A stretch of 56,374 nucleotides of DNA from positions 1-56,374 of the IMG/VR virus record IMGVR_UViG_3300027051_000027; one strand, 5' to 3'. The notes below the pieces were generated by a model, which ran no database searches, was not told the DNA's origin, and saw nothing but the letters and a program-made list of their open reading frames with translations. This document shows, piece by piece, positions 47,603-56,374 of this stretch (its first letter is position 1; each line of letters starts with the position of its first letter). Both the position numbers and the translations under genes were made by a program. Origin of the DNA: a virus (taxonomy: Duplodnaviria > Caudoviricetes).

Positions 47603-48724
47603 ATGGCCGACGAAAGCTTCTTTGAAGAGGCAAGAGAACAGTCAGTTGTTAAGGGCGCCATTCTAGGCCAGTACTTTGATGCCTGGACCAACGTAATGCT
47701 GAGGAATCTGCAGAAGTATGGTGGCGACCGGATTGCATACATCGACTTGTTTGCCGGGCCCGGGCGATACGAAGACGGTACCGAGTCCACCCCCCTCATC
47801 GTGCTTCGCCAGGCAATCACCAAGCCGGGTCTCCGGGACTCCTTGGTGACCATCTTCAACGACATTGATCCATCCTCTTGCGACAAACTGCGCACCGAAA
47901 TCGGCGCCCTTAAGGGCATCGAGACACTGAGGTTTCAGCCCAACGTTCAGAACGGAGAGGTGGACGAGGAACTCGTTGAGTACTTGAAGAGCATCGAACT
48001 CGTGCCCTCTCTCTTCTTCATCGACCCATGGGGCTACAAAGGGCTATCGCTAACACTCATTCACCGGGCGAGCCGTGACTGGGGCTGTGACTGCGTGTTC
48101 TTCTTCAACTACAACCGCATCAACATGGGCGTTTCAAACGATGCGGTGGAGCAGCGTATTGATGACCTCTTCGGACGGGAACTGGCGCAGGAATTACGAA
48201 GTGAACTTGAAGGACTGACCCCCGAAGACAGGGAAGCAGCTGTGCTCGAGAAGCTATGCCGGGCCGTGGGTCAGTCGAACGATGGTCGACCGCGGTACGT
48301 CCTGCCATTCCGCTTCAAGAACGATGCGGGCACCCGTACGAAGCACCACCTGATCTTCGTCAGTAAGCACCAGCTTGGGTACGGGATCATGAAAGACATC
48401 ATGTCTCGCCAGAGTTCGCGCGCCGCACAAGGCGTCGCTTCCTTCGAGTATTGCCCAGCAGATCGCAACTTCCCGACGCTGTTTGAGCTCGCACGTCCGC
48501 TTGACGATCTTCAAGACATGCTTCTGGTGGAGTTTGCCGGCGACACTCTCAGTGTTAAGGAGATATTTGGCAGGCACAACGTGGGTACCCCATTCATCAT
48601 GTCGAACTACAAGTCTGCCCTGCTCGCTCTTGAGACGGAGGGACGGGTCGAAGTGCAGTCGCTGCAGGGTACTCGTCGTGCAGGAACGATGGCCGAGCAC
48701 CTCCAGGTGACCTTTCCGGCATGA
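47603..48724 (+). CDS. tcmP: Three-Cys-motif partner protein (MTase-like fold + wHTH)
   Basis: YIDLFAGPG, GTESTP, FFIDPWG, HLIFVSKH..G...MK; adjacent to DUF5131. Confidence 0.85.
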   Translation: MADESFFEEAREQSVVKGAILGQYFDAWTNVMLRNLQKYGGDRIAYIDLFAGPGRYEDGTESTPLIVLRQAITKPGLRDSLVTIFNDIDPSSCDKLRTEIGALKGIETLRFQPNVQNGEVDEELVEYLKSIELVPSLFFIDPWGYKGLSLTLIHRASRDWGCDCVFFFNYNRINMGVSNDAVEQRIDDLFGRELAQELRSELEGLTPEDREAAVLEKLCRAVGQSNDGRPRYVLPFRFKNDAGTRTKHHLIFVSKHQLGYGIMKDIMSRQSSRAAQGVASFEYCPADRNFPTLFELARPLDDLQDMLLVEFAGDTLSVKEIFGRHNVGTPFIMSNYKSALLALETEGRVEVQSLQGTRRAGTMAEHLQVTFPA

Positions 48725-48743
48725 TGCCATGCCAGCCAGGCGT

Positions 48744-48796
48744 TCGACAGCGAAAGTGACTCTGTTATATGATGAATGATGGTAAACATATGTTCG
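48744..48796 (+). promoter_or_regulatory. Sigma70 promoter with a LexA-box-like site
   Basis: TCGACA-N18-TATGAT (48744-48773), then TAAAC-ATAT-GTTCG (48783-48796). Confidence 0.5.
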
Positions 48797-48817
48797 TACT
48801 GCGTCAGAGGAGGGACG

Positions 48818-49540
48818 ATGGCCAAGTCGAGCATTGAGTGGACCGAGTCTACCTGGAACCCTGTAACAGGCTGCACCAAGATCAGTGCCGGCTGCCGGCA
48901 CTGCTACGCCGAGCGCATGGCCATCCGCCTCCAGGCCATGGGCCAGCCCGCCTACGCAGGTGGTTTTGAACTCGCCCTCCATCCGGAGAAGCTACGTCAG
49001 CCCCTGGAATGGCGCAAGCCGAGCACGATCTTCGTCAACTCCATGAGCGATCTGTTCCACGAGGACATCCCTGAGGAGTTCATCCAGGATGTGTTCGAGA
49101 CAATGCGCGAGGCTTCTTGGCATCGCTTTCAGATACTCACCAAGCGAGCTGATCGACTCGAGGATCTGAGCGATTCTCTGGAATGGCCGGAGAACGTGTG
49201 GATGGGCGTGACCGTCGAACGGCAGGACTACGTTACGCGCGTCGACCGGCTGCGTCGGACTGGAGCGCGGGTGAAATTCCTCTCGTGCGAGCCTCTCCTG
49301 GGCCCGATTCCTGGTCTGAACCTTGAGTCAATCGACTGGGTCATTGTCGGGGGAGAGTCTGGTCCGAACTCGCGACCGATGGACCCCGCGTGGGTCACTG
49401 ATCTTCGCGACCAGTGCCTCAATGTGAAGGTACCATTCTTCTTCAAGCAATGGGGTGGCAGAAACAAGAAGAGGGCCGGCCGAGACCTCGAAGGCGACAC
49501 CTGGAGTCAAATGCCCATGCCGAGTCCGGTTCCCCTGTAG
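48818..49540 (+). CDS. DUF5131 / phage Gp37-Gp68 family three-Cys protein
   Basis: [59 protein letters not shown]. Confidence 0.92.
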   Translation: MAKSSIEWTESTWNPVTGCTKISAGCRHCYAERMAIRLQAMGQPAYAGGFELALHPEKLRQPLEWRKPSTIFVNSMSDLFHEDIPEEFIQDVFETMREASWHRFQILTKRADRLEDLSDSLEWPENVWMGVTVERQDYVTRVDRLRRTGARVKFLSCEPLLGPIPGLNLESIDWVIVGGESGPNSRPMDPAWVTDLRDQCLNVKVPFFFKQWGGRNKKRAGRDLEGDTWSQMPMPSPVPL

Positions 49541-49552
49541 AGACCCCTGCCC

Positions 49553-51181
49553 ATGACAAACACTCTGTATTACGGCGACAACCTAGACGTCCTCAGGCGC
49601 TACATCAAAGACGAGACCGTCGATCTCGTCTACCTGGACCCACCCTTCAATTCGAACGCCACCTACAATGTGCTCTTTGCCGAGCAAGACGGTAGTCGCG
49701 CCGCGGCTCAAATCAAAGCCTTCGAGGACACGTGGCGCTGGGATCAGGAAGCGGAGCGGGAGTACCAGGAGACTGTCACCGAAATCGGCGGTCAGGTTGG
49801 CCAGGCGCTGATTGCTTTCCGGACACTGCTCGGCGAAAGCAACATGATGGCCTATCTGGCTATGATGGCACCGCGGCTTGTGGAACTCAGGCGGGTACTG
49901 AAATCGTCGGGGAGCATCTATCTGCATTGTGATCCGACAGCAAGCCACTACTTGAAGTTGCTCATGGATGCTGTTTTTGGCGCAGCGATGTTCAGAAGCG
50001 AGCTGATATGGAGGAGAACCCGCGGACACAACGATTCTCGAATCCGCAAGTTTGGCGCCATCCATGACAGCATCCTCTTCTATACAAAGGGTGAGAGATG
50101 GACGTTCAATCGGCTTTTCCAGGAGCGCGACCCCAGAGCAGCCAAGACTCACGACCTTTACCGACACACCGACGGAGAACTCTACAGGAAGGGTGATTGC
50201 CGGGCTCCAGGAGGACGTGGACCGCGCTTCGTCTGGAATGGACATGAGCAGAATTGGAGGTTCACGGAGGAGCAGGCCGAGGAGTTGGAGAGCCGAGGTC
50301 GCATCGTATATTCGTCGACGGGGATGCCGCGTATTCTGAGACCGGTGGACCTTAGCCGCGGGCACCAGTTGCAGGATGTGTGGGTCGATATCGATGCCCC
50401 AAACTCCGGGTCAGGTGAACTTCTTGGATACCCGACCCAGAAACCAGCCGCCCTGCTCGAGCGCATCGTCCAGGCAAGCAGCAACGACGGGGACACTGTG
50501 CTCGACCCATTCTGCGGCTGTGGGACGGCTATCTCTGCTGCCCAGAAGCTCACTCGAGAGTGGATCGGCATCGACATCACCCACCTGGCCATCAACCTGA
50601 TCAAGTTCCGGCTCTTGGACGAACACAAGATTGCGGCCGGCAAGGATTACCAGGTGATCGGCGAGCCGACTGACTTGGCCGGCGCTCAGCAGCTTGCCCA
50701 GGAAGACCCCTTCCAGTTCCAGTCCTGGGCCCTTGGTCTGGTCGGTGCCCGCGTGACAGAGCAGAAGAAGGGAGCCGACAAGGGTATCGACGGACGGATC
50801 CGCTTCTTTGACGAAGCCGCACCCAAGCCAAAGCAGGTCATCCTCTCGGTCAAGGCCGGGCATACTGGGGTCGCCCACGTTCGAGATCTACGCGGGGTCC
50901 TCGATCGCGAGAAGGCTGAGATCGGCGTCCTCATCACGATGCAAGAGCCGACACAACCGATGAAGACCGAGGCGGCCTCCGCCGGTTTCTACCAGATCGT
51001 GGGGATCGACGAGAAGTATCCCAAGATGCAGATCCGGACCATCCGAGAGCTACTAGACGGTAGGGGCATCGACATGCCCAGCCGCCACGCGAACGTGACG
51101 TTCAAGAAGGCACCGCGTGCCGCCCAGAACAATGGCACAGTGCAGGCACTCCCTCTCAACTTTGAGCCTGACCAAGAGTAG
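49553..51181 (+). CDS. N6/N4 DNA methyltransferase fused to an Mrr-like endonuclease domain
   Basis: YLDPPF, YPTQKP, LDPFCGCGT; C-terminal FQSWA...GADKGIDG...SVKAG...VRDLRG. Confidence 0.88.
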   Translation: MTNTLYYGDNLDVLRRYIKDETVDLVYLDPPFNSNATYNVLFAEQDGSRAAAQIKAFEDTWRWDQEAEREYQETVTEIGGQVGQALIAFRTLLGESNMMAYLAMMAPRLVELRRVLKSSGSIYLHCDPTASHYLKLLMDAVFGAAMFRSELIWRRTRGHNDSRIRKFGAIHDSILFYTKGERWTFNRLFQERDPRAAKTHDLYRHTDGELYRKGDCRAPGGRGPRFVWNGHEQNWRFTEEQAEELESRGRIVYSSTGMPRILRPVDLSRGHQLQDVWVDIDAPNSGSGELLGYPTQKPAALLERIVQASSNDGDTVLDPFCGCGTAISAAQKLTREWIGIDITHLAINLIKFRLLDEHKIAAGKDYQVIGEPTDLAGAQQLAQEDPFQFQSWALGLVGARVTEQKKGADKGIDGRIRFFDEAAPKPKQVILSVKAGHTGVAHVRDLRGVLDREKAEIGVLITMQEPTQPMKTEAASAGFYQIVGIDEKYPKMQIRTIRELLDGRGIDMPSRHANVTFKKAPRAAQNNGTVQALPLNFEPDQE

Positions 51182-51315
51182 TCCTCAACCGTTCCCCGAG
51201 CTTCCCGCACAACTTCTCCGTCTCATCCCCTCGGGCGGCTGCCCCAGAAGGACCGCAACTCCCTCCAGGGCTCACGCGTAGTTACTAGGTCTTCACTTTC
51301 CCTGCTAGTGGCTAC

Positions 51316-51343
51316 TAAAGGGGATCTCCTCCTAGGCCGATAA
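51316..51343 (+). promoter_or_regulatory. Sigma28 (FliA/SigD/WhiG) consensus promoter
   Basis: TAAA-N16-GCCGATAA, about 120 nt upstream of the kinase start. Confidence 0.7.
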
Positions 51344-51460
51344 CAGGGACACACCGCCTGGACGCGAGTAGTTCGCACCGAAGGTTCACAGGACGAGATG
51401 TTCTGGGCGGAGCGAGAGGACGCGCTCCTCGTCTGAAACAAGCGGAGAAGGGGGACTCCC

Positions 51461-53392
51461 TTGAAGAGCCTGCTCGCCGATTTCATGACGCACCACCTGT
51501 CCACCGGCGTGATCGTTTACCTGAGGGACGGCCAGTGCCATTACGCGAATGAGGCAGCGGCCGAGCTTCTGGGGGTACCTCTCAAGAAGCTCATATTGGA
51601 GAACATCTTTCACTCGCGATCCGGGGATGGCGCAGAGATGCTGTCTTTGGGGCGCGGGACTCTGGAGACAGGAGAGTCCCGTGAGTGCGAAATCTCGATC
51701 GCACATGAGTCAGGAAAATGGCGCCACGCAGCCATCCGCTTCTCCCTCGTCTCGTTCGCCGAGGATCACGCGCTTGTAGCAACGCTCTCTGACGTCACCG
51801 AGCAGAGAACCGCGGAGAAGTCCGTCAGTTTCCTAGAGTTTGCCGTCGAGAACGCTGAAGAAATGGTCTTCTCGGTCGATTATGACGGCAGATTCACCTA
51901 CGTGAACGATTCGGCATGTCGACACCTGGGCTTCACGAGGCAAGAACTCTTGAGTTCGCGGGTAGACCGAGTAATGGACGGTCCTTCCCGAGAGCGCGTG
52001 CACGAAGCGTGGCTTCGGGTCCAGAAGCACGGAACAGGAACCTTCCAGGTGATGGCCATGCGCAAGGACGGAAGCTCATTCCCGGTGGAGATCACCGCCG
52101 ATTACTACGGATTGCAGGAACAGAACCATGTAATTGGCTTCGCGCGGGACGTCACGGCGGCAACCGCGGCGCGACAAGCTCTCGCCGCAACCGAGGAACG
52201 CTACCGCACGATGGTTGAAGCCACCTCTGATGCAATCTACAGCTATGACCTCGATCTACGGATAACAGGCATGAACAGGGCTGCGGAGGCGGCCACCGGA
52301 GTCTCTTCCGACGTCGCTCTGGGACAACACCTGGACTCTCTCGGCTTCCCACCCGCCACCCTGGAGCTATGGATGGAAATGACCGATCAGGTCCTGACCG
52401 AGCGGGCGGAAATCATGAGGGAAGTCGAAGCCTTCATGCCGGACGGACAGTCTCATTTCTATGAAACATTTCTCAGCCCCATCTGGAACGCTGAAGGTGA
52501 GATTGTCGGTTTTCGAGGTCGCTCCCAGGATGTAACCGCGAAGCGAACGGCCGAGGAAGCGCTCAGGAAGAACGAGGAACATCTCCGCCAGGTCGAGCGA
52601 GTAGAAGCCATCGGCCAGCTGGCGGCTGGCGTCGCCCATGACTTCAACAACCTTCTCACCGGCATCATGGGATACAGCGAATTGCTCCTGGGCAACGAGG
52701 ACGAAGGATTCATGAGCCCCGAGGCGCGGGAGGATGTACGAGAGATCAGGGCAACCGCCGAGCGGGGCAAAGCCCTTACCAGGCACATCCTCGCCTACAC
52801 GCGGGCAAAGGACGTCAAGCCCGCACGGCTGTGTTTGAACGACGCCATAGCAGGGATGAGGGAGCTTCTGACGAGAACCCTGGGCGGAAGCATCGAGGTG
52901 GACCTGCACCTGGAGGATGGGCTGGAGGACACCATGGCAGACCTGGGTCAGCTCGAGCAGGTCTTGATGAATCTTGCGATCAATGGCCGTGACGCGATGG
53001 CTGAGGGCGGAAGACTCACGATACAGACTGCCAACGTGTTTCTGGAGGAGGACTTCTGTCTATCTCACGGCTGCTCAGAACCGGGAAGATACGTTCTGCT
53101 CTCGGTGGCAGATATCGGCTGCGGAATGGACGAGGGAACCAAGTCTCGCATCTTCGAACCCTTCTTTACGACCAAGGAGGCCGGCAAAGGAACCGGCCTC
53201 GGCCTGGCCACGGTGATAGGCATTGTGAGACAAAGCGGAGGTTTCGTTGCTGTCGAGAGCGAGGTCGGAAGCGGCTCTACGTTCAAAGTCTATCTGCCCT
53301 CAGTGGAACACGGGCATGATGCTCCCACGAAACGATCCAGCCGAGAGCACCGAGCGGAACACAGGATGACGACCCTGGCCGTGACGAGCTGA
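51461..53392 (+). CDS. Cytoplasmic triple-PAS sensor histidine kinase, no receiver domain
   Basis: Three PAS repeats (YANEAA, YVNDSA, GMNRAA); H-box AHDFNNLL; NLAINGRDAM, DIGCGM, FEPFFTTK, GTGLGL. Confidence 0.92.
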   Translation: MKSLLADFMTHHLSTGVIVYLRDGQCHYANEAAAELLGVPLKKLILENIFHSRSGDGAEMLSLGRGTLETGESRECEISIAHESGKWRHAAIRFSLVSFAEDHALVATLSDVTEQRTAEKSVSFLEFAVENAEEMVFSVDYDGRFTYVNDSACRHLGFTRQELLSSRVDRVMDGPSRERVHEAWLRVQKHGTGTFQVMAMRKDGSSFPVEITADYYGLQEQNHVIGFARDVTAATAARQALAATEERYRTMVEATSDAIYSYDLDLRITGMNRAAEAATGVSSDVALGQHLDSLGFPPATLELWMEMTDQVLTERAEIMREVEAFMPDGQSHFYETFLSPIWNAEGEIVGFRGRSQDVTAKRTAEEALRKNEEHLRQVERVEAIGQLAAGVAHDFNNLLTGIMGYSELLLGNEDEGFMSPEAREDVREIRATAERGKALTRHILAYTRAKDVKPARLCLNDAIAGMRELLTRTLGGSIEVDLHLEDGLEDTMADLGQLEQVLMNLAINGRDAMAEGGRLTIQTANVFLEEDFCLSHGCSEPGRYVLLSVADIGCGMDEGTKSRIFEPFFTTKEAGKGTGLGLATVIGIVRQSGGFVAVESEVGSGSTFKVYLPSVEHGHDAPTKRSSREHRAEHRMTTLAVTS

Positions 53393-53834
53393 TCGGTATC
53401 TAAGAAGCCCCGGACGAGGCAGGTCGAATACTGCGGGCCCCATATGCCCTGACAACAAGCCGGACGCGCAGGCCAGCAGATTGGCCTGCAAGCCGTCCCT
53501 CTCCAGCTCATCGCCTTCGGCACCTGTCCCAATAGTAAGTAGCCTACTGGAGCCTCTCAACCGGTCACTTCATCATCCCTCCCTCGTGAAACATCCGGGC
53601 CGCATCTGGACACAGGATAGTCGGAGAGGGTCCCTGTGGATACGTCTTCCCCTTTTCGCGTGACCGGCCACGGGGCCCTCTTCCCGGTAAGCATCGTCTC
53701 GTCCTCGTAGACGACGGCTCGAGCAGATGCCTCCCACAAGGATTTTCGGCCGCCAGATTCTGAGCGTGCAATTTTCTCCGGCTATCCGGACACACCCTGG
53801 TTGAAGCCCAACAAACTCTGACGAGGGTGAGGGG

Positions 53835-54035
53835 ATGAGTGGCATGGATAGTTGCCCCGGGTCGAGCTATCTCTTCATCGAGGGCGGTGATGGCACCTGG
53901 CAGCTTGGCTGCGAGGAGACCGGCCAGATGGAGATGGTCTTCGAAAGACGGGAGGAAGCCTTAGGTTTCGCAAATGAGCTGATGGACGAGGCGGGGCCAT
54001 GGCGAATTGTGTTTCGCAAAGGCAACCCGGGATAG
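53835..54035 (+). CDS. Small acidic hypothetical protein
   Basis: 66 aa, purine-rich RBS; FERREEALGFA. Confidence 0.5.
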   Translation: MSGMDSCPGSSYLFIEGGDGTWQLGCEETGQMEMVFERREEALGFANELMDEAGPWRIVFRKGNPG

Positions 54036-54042
54036 GGATACA

Positions 54043-54366
54043 GTGAAAGCAATCGACACCCAACCTCGGTCGCTGGTCGCCTACGAGATCGCGCTACGCC
54101 TCATCTACCACGCCCCGCCGACCGCAAGCTGGAATGCCTCCCCAGTGCGCGCCGCGCAGCTCACAGTGGACCATCTGAGGATGCAGGGAAAGATTCCGGA
54201 GAGCGAGCACCGTCAGCTCACCTCATTGCTCAACGGCTTCCGATACAGCGATACAGACCAAGACGATCGCCTCAACGAATTGGTCGCAGAGATCTCCCTG
54301 ACGCTGACAGTCTCACAAGAGGACTTTCCAACCGAGAGGCTCGTGAAACTGCGGGGGCTGCTATGA
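54043..54366 (+). CDS. Hypothetical protein
   Basis: Helical ORF upstream of the integrase; GTG start assumed. Confidence 0.5.
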   Translation: MKAIDTQPRSLVAYEIALRLIYHAPPTASWNASPVRAAQLTVDHLRMQGKIPESEHRQLTSLLNGFRYSDTDQDDRLNELVAEISLTLTVSQEDFPTERLVKLRGLL

Positions 54367-54378
54367 GGGAGTCAAGAG

Positions 54379-54810
54379 GTGCTGGGGAACCACTCATTCA
54401 CTTCTGAGGAAGTCGGGTATCTGGCCACGGCCAGCCGTCTCCAACACCAGTTGGCCTTGCTCTCGAAAGACGTCACAGTCCTGCTCGCGGGCCAACGGGA
54501 GTTGTCCGATTGGCCGGAGGCAAGACTGGCAGCGCTCGATGCCTACATCACAGAAGCGCGGATTCTCCTGCGCGGCTGGAGAGCGCCTGAGCCAAGCCAG
54601 AGATTCACCCTCAGCTGGAAGCTCTGGACGACGGTCTTCTCGGACTTCCACCGAGCCCTTGATACGCTTCATCGCGCAATCGACGAGAATGATCCGCTGC
54701 TCCTGACTGAAGCAGAGGCAATCCTCAACATCAAGCATCCGGTCAACGTGCGCCTGGCGGCAGATGAGCAGAGGCGAGCTCTCGACTCGATTGACACAGT
54801 GGACAGGTGA
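54379..54810 (+). CDS. Hypothetical helical protein
   Basis: 143 aa, directly upstream of the integrase. Confidence 0.55.
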   Translation: MLGNHSFTSEEVGYLATASRLQHQLALLSKDVTVLLAGQRELSDWPEARLAALDAYITEARILLRGWRAPEPSQRFTLSWKLWTTVFSDFHRALDTLHRAIDENDPLLLTEAEAILNIKHPVNVRLAADEQRRALDSIDTVDR

Positions 54811-54829
54811 AGACGATGATGAGTACCTG

Positions 54830-56374
54830 ATGCCCCACATCTGTGCATACATACGGCAATCCGATGAGGAGGGACACAAGAAGGAGCTCTCGTGCCCCTC
54901 CCAGGAGAAGCGCTTCCTGGAGGATCTGCAGCGCCGGCGAGAGTGTGGAGAGGACATCACCCATGAAGTAGCCCCCTGGGACGAGGGCCACTCCGGCGGC
55001 GAGATGGACCGCCCCGGCCTTCAGTGGCTTCTTGCCAACCTCGATCGCTTACAGGAAGTCTGGGTCTACGATCACGACCGGCTGGTCCGTCACGACTTCT
55101 ATGCGCCGCTCATCATGCGCGAGTTCCGCACCCGTGGGGTGAAGCTCTGGTGCTCGACAGGCGGGGCTGACGAAGAGACACCTATGGGCAGATTCATGAC
55201 GGACCTGAGGTTCAGGTTCGGGGCTCTCTACCGAGAGCAGATCGCCGAGCGGACCAAGATGAACCGGGACCACCGGCTGCGCGAGGGGTTGTGGAGCGGA
55301 CCAGCCCCCGCTGGCTACAAGTTCGTCAACGAGAACGGTGAAGGCAGCCGGCGCATCCTCGTGCCGGATCCGGAGACCGCCCCCCAAGTGAAAGCGCTCC
55401 TTGGGATGATGGCCGATGGCGTCTCCCAGAAAAAGGCCTGTGAGCGTTTGGGGACCTATCCCTCGAAGGTCGTCTGGCAACGGGACAATCCGCTCTACAT
55501 CGGCCTCGTCTACAAGCACCGCCAGAACGTTAGCCTGCTCACCGACCGTAGCTATCGAGCACTCTGGACCCTTGCCGAGGATCCCGAATGTGACTGGCTC
55601 TACCCAGGTCGCCAGGAGCCCATCGTGGACGCAGGGGTCTGGGATAAGCTGCAGCGGAGGCTAGCGACCAGTCCGCGGGCCCGAATGAGCGAGCGCCGCG
55701 CACTCTCAGGACGCCTTCGCTGTCAGACCTGCGGCTCCGTACTTCGCATCAGGCCCAATCAGGGCCGGCGGCACCCATCGCTCCAATGTGAGAAGTGCCG
55801 CTGGGAACGGTCCTATAGATATGCAGAGAACACGGCGATCGCCGCGCTTGCTCTGTTGACCTCGTCGCCCGAGTTCGAAGAGGCCCTCGAGGCGGAGCTG
55901 CGAGCTCGGTCGAAGGCCAAGGAAAGCAAGGAGCATCTGGCCCGGCTGGAGCGCGAGCGGGCGAAGGTAGCTAAGAAGCTCGATCGGACGATCGACGCCC
56001 TGGTCGACGCAGACGAGCTTTCCCCCACGCTGCGGGCGAAGGCCGGGGAGCTTCAGAGGATGGTCAAGGAGCTCGATGATGAGATCGCCGCGCTGAAGGC
56101 CTCGGAGCGTGGTCGGTCGTCCGCGGTCAAGGAGTGGCGCCGAGCCCGAAAGCAGCTGCTGGACCTCGACCTGTGGACCATCTGGCGGGAGGCTTCTGTT
56201 GGTGAGCAGAGGGACGTCCTCATGAACACGTTCACCACGATCACGGCGTCGCCGGAGCAGGTCACATTCGGGATTCGAGGCCTCGATCTTGCCCTGGAGT
56301 TGGAGTGGCAAAAGGGGGATATGTCCCCCTTTGTGGAGGTGGCGGGACCCGGACTTGAACCGGGGACACCATGA
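54830..56374 (+). CDS. Large serine recombinase (integrase)
   Basis: YIRQS catalytic motif, SG...RPGL, DRLVR, GPAPAGY, Zn ribbon CQTC...CEKC, coiled coil; stop TGA at the window end. Confidence 0.93.
   Translation: MPHICAYIRQSDEEGHKKELSCPSQEKRFLEDLQRRRECGEDITHEVAPWDEGHSGGEMDRPGLQWLLANLDRLQEVWVYDHDRLVRHDFYAPLIMREFRTRGVKLWCSTGGADEETPMGRFMTDLRFRFGALYREQIAERTKMNRDHRLREGLWSGPAPAGYKFVNENGEGSRRILVPDPETAPQVKALLGMMADGVSQKKACERLGTYPSKVVWQRDNPLYIGLVYKHRQNVSLLTDRSYRALWTLAEDPECDWLYPGRQEPIVDAGVWDKLQRRLATSPRARMSERRALSGRLRCQTCGSVLRIRPNQGRRHPSLQCEKCRWERSYRYAENTAIAALALLTSSPEFEEALEAELRARSKAKESKEHLARLERERAKVAKKLDRTIDALVDADELSPTLRAKAGELQRMVKELDDEIAALKASERGRSSAVKEWRRARKQLLDLDLWTIWREASVGEQRDVLMNTFTTITASPEQVTFGIRGLDLALELEWQKGDMSPFVEVAGPGLEPGTP
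56310..56332 (-). terminator. Terminator-like hairpin downstream of the tRNA, inside the integrase CDS
   Basis: AAAGGGGGA-TATG-TCCCCCTTT; on the - strand the stem is followed by TTTT. Confidence 0.5.
56338..56374 (-). tRNA. 3' half of a tRNA (probably tRNA-Phe); phage att site
   Basis: - strand TCATGGTGTC-CCCGG-TTCAAGT-CCGGG-TCCCGCC-A-CC gives the T-arm, acceptor 3' strand and discriminator. The anticodon is outside the window, so the isotype is inferred. Confidence 0.8.

Larger units (their letters stand above)
1..56374. mobile_element. Temperate phage / prophage (siphovirus-like) integrated at a tRNA
   Basis: Complete ordered modules: lysis, tail, head, packaging, late control, replication, cI/cro, cargo, serine integrase, tRNA 3' fragment at the right end. 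No sheath gene recognised. Left att not visible. Confidence 0.95.

Noticed and set aside
43752-53793. Recurrent CCGGACAC motif in cargo spacers (near 43753, 43973, 46858, 53786)
   Set aside because: A GC-rich 8-mer expected several times by chance; flanks do not align and it also occurs inside a CDS.
54791-54820. TTGACA-N18-GATGAT integrase promoter
   Set aside because: The -10 lacks the conserved first T and the -35 lies inside the upstream CDS; too weak to call.

Overview
The window is an essentially complete, high-GC temperate phage (prophage), probably a non-contractile-tailed siphovirus. The host is probably Actinomycetota- or Bacillota-like (inference only). The right end encodes a large serine integrase that runs antisense into the 3' half of a tRNA (probably Phe), the att site. 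Leftward follow a + strand cargo island (43.6-54.8 kb), a cI/cro switch, and early recombination/replication genes (SbcCD, initiator, G39P-like, RusA-like). The cargo island holds an HsdR_N nuclease, a HEPN/Abi-like protein, TcmP + DUF5131 + MTase-Mrr, and an orphan triple-PAS histidine kinase. Further left are a Q-like late regulator with promoter/terminator, then packaging, head, tail and lysis genes on the - strand. Strongest leads: (1) a MuF/gp7 head protein with two GNAT acetyltransferase domains inserted inside it; (2) two related, outward-facing sigma28/WhiG-type promoters, one upstream of the orphan kinase and one upstream of an unannotated 47-aa amphipathic peptide antisense to cI; (3) a C_CCA_AAG -1 slippery site that could fuse the amidase and glucosaminidase lysins; (4) a glycosyltransferase inside the tail module; (5) a TcmP/DUF5131/MTase-Mrr cluster with an SOS-box-like site. 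All calls come from reading motifs and synteny by eye; no database search was run.
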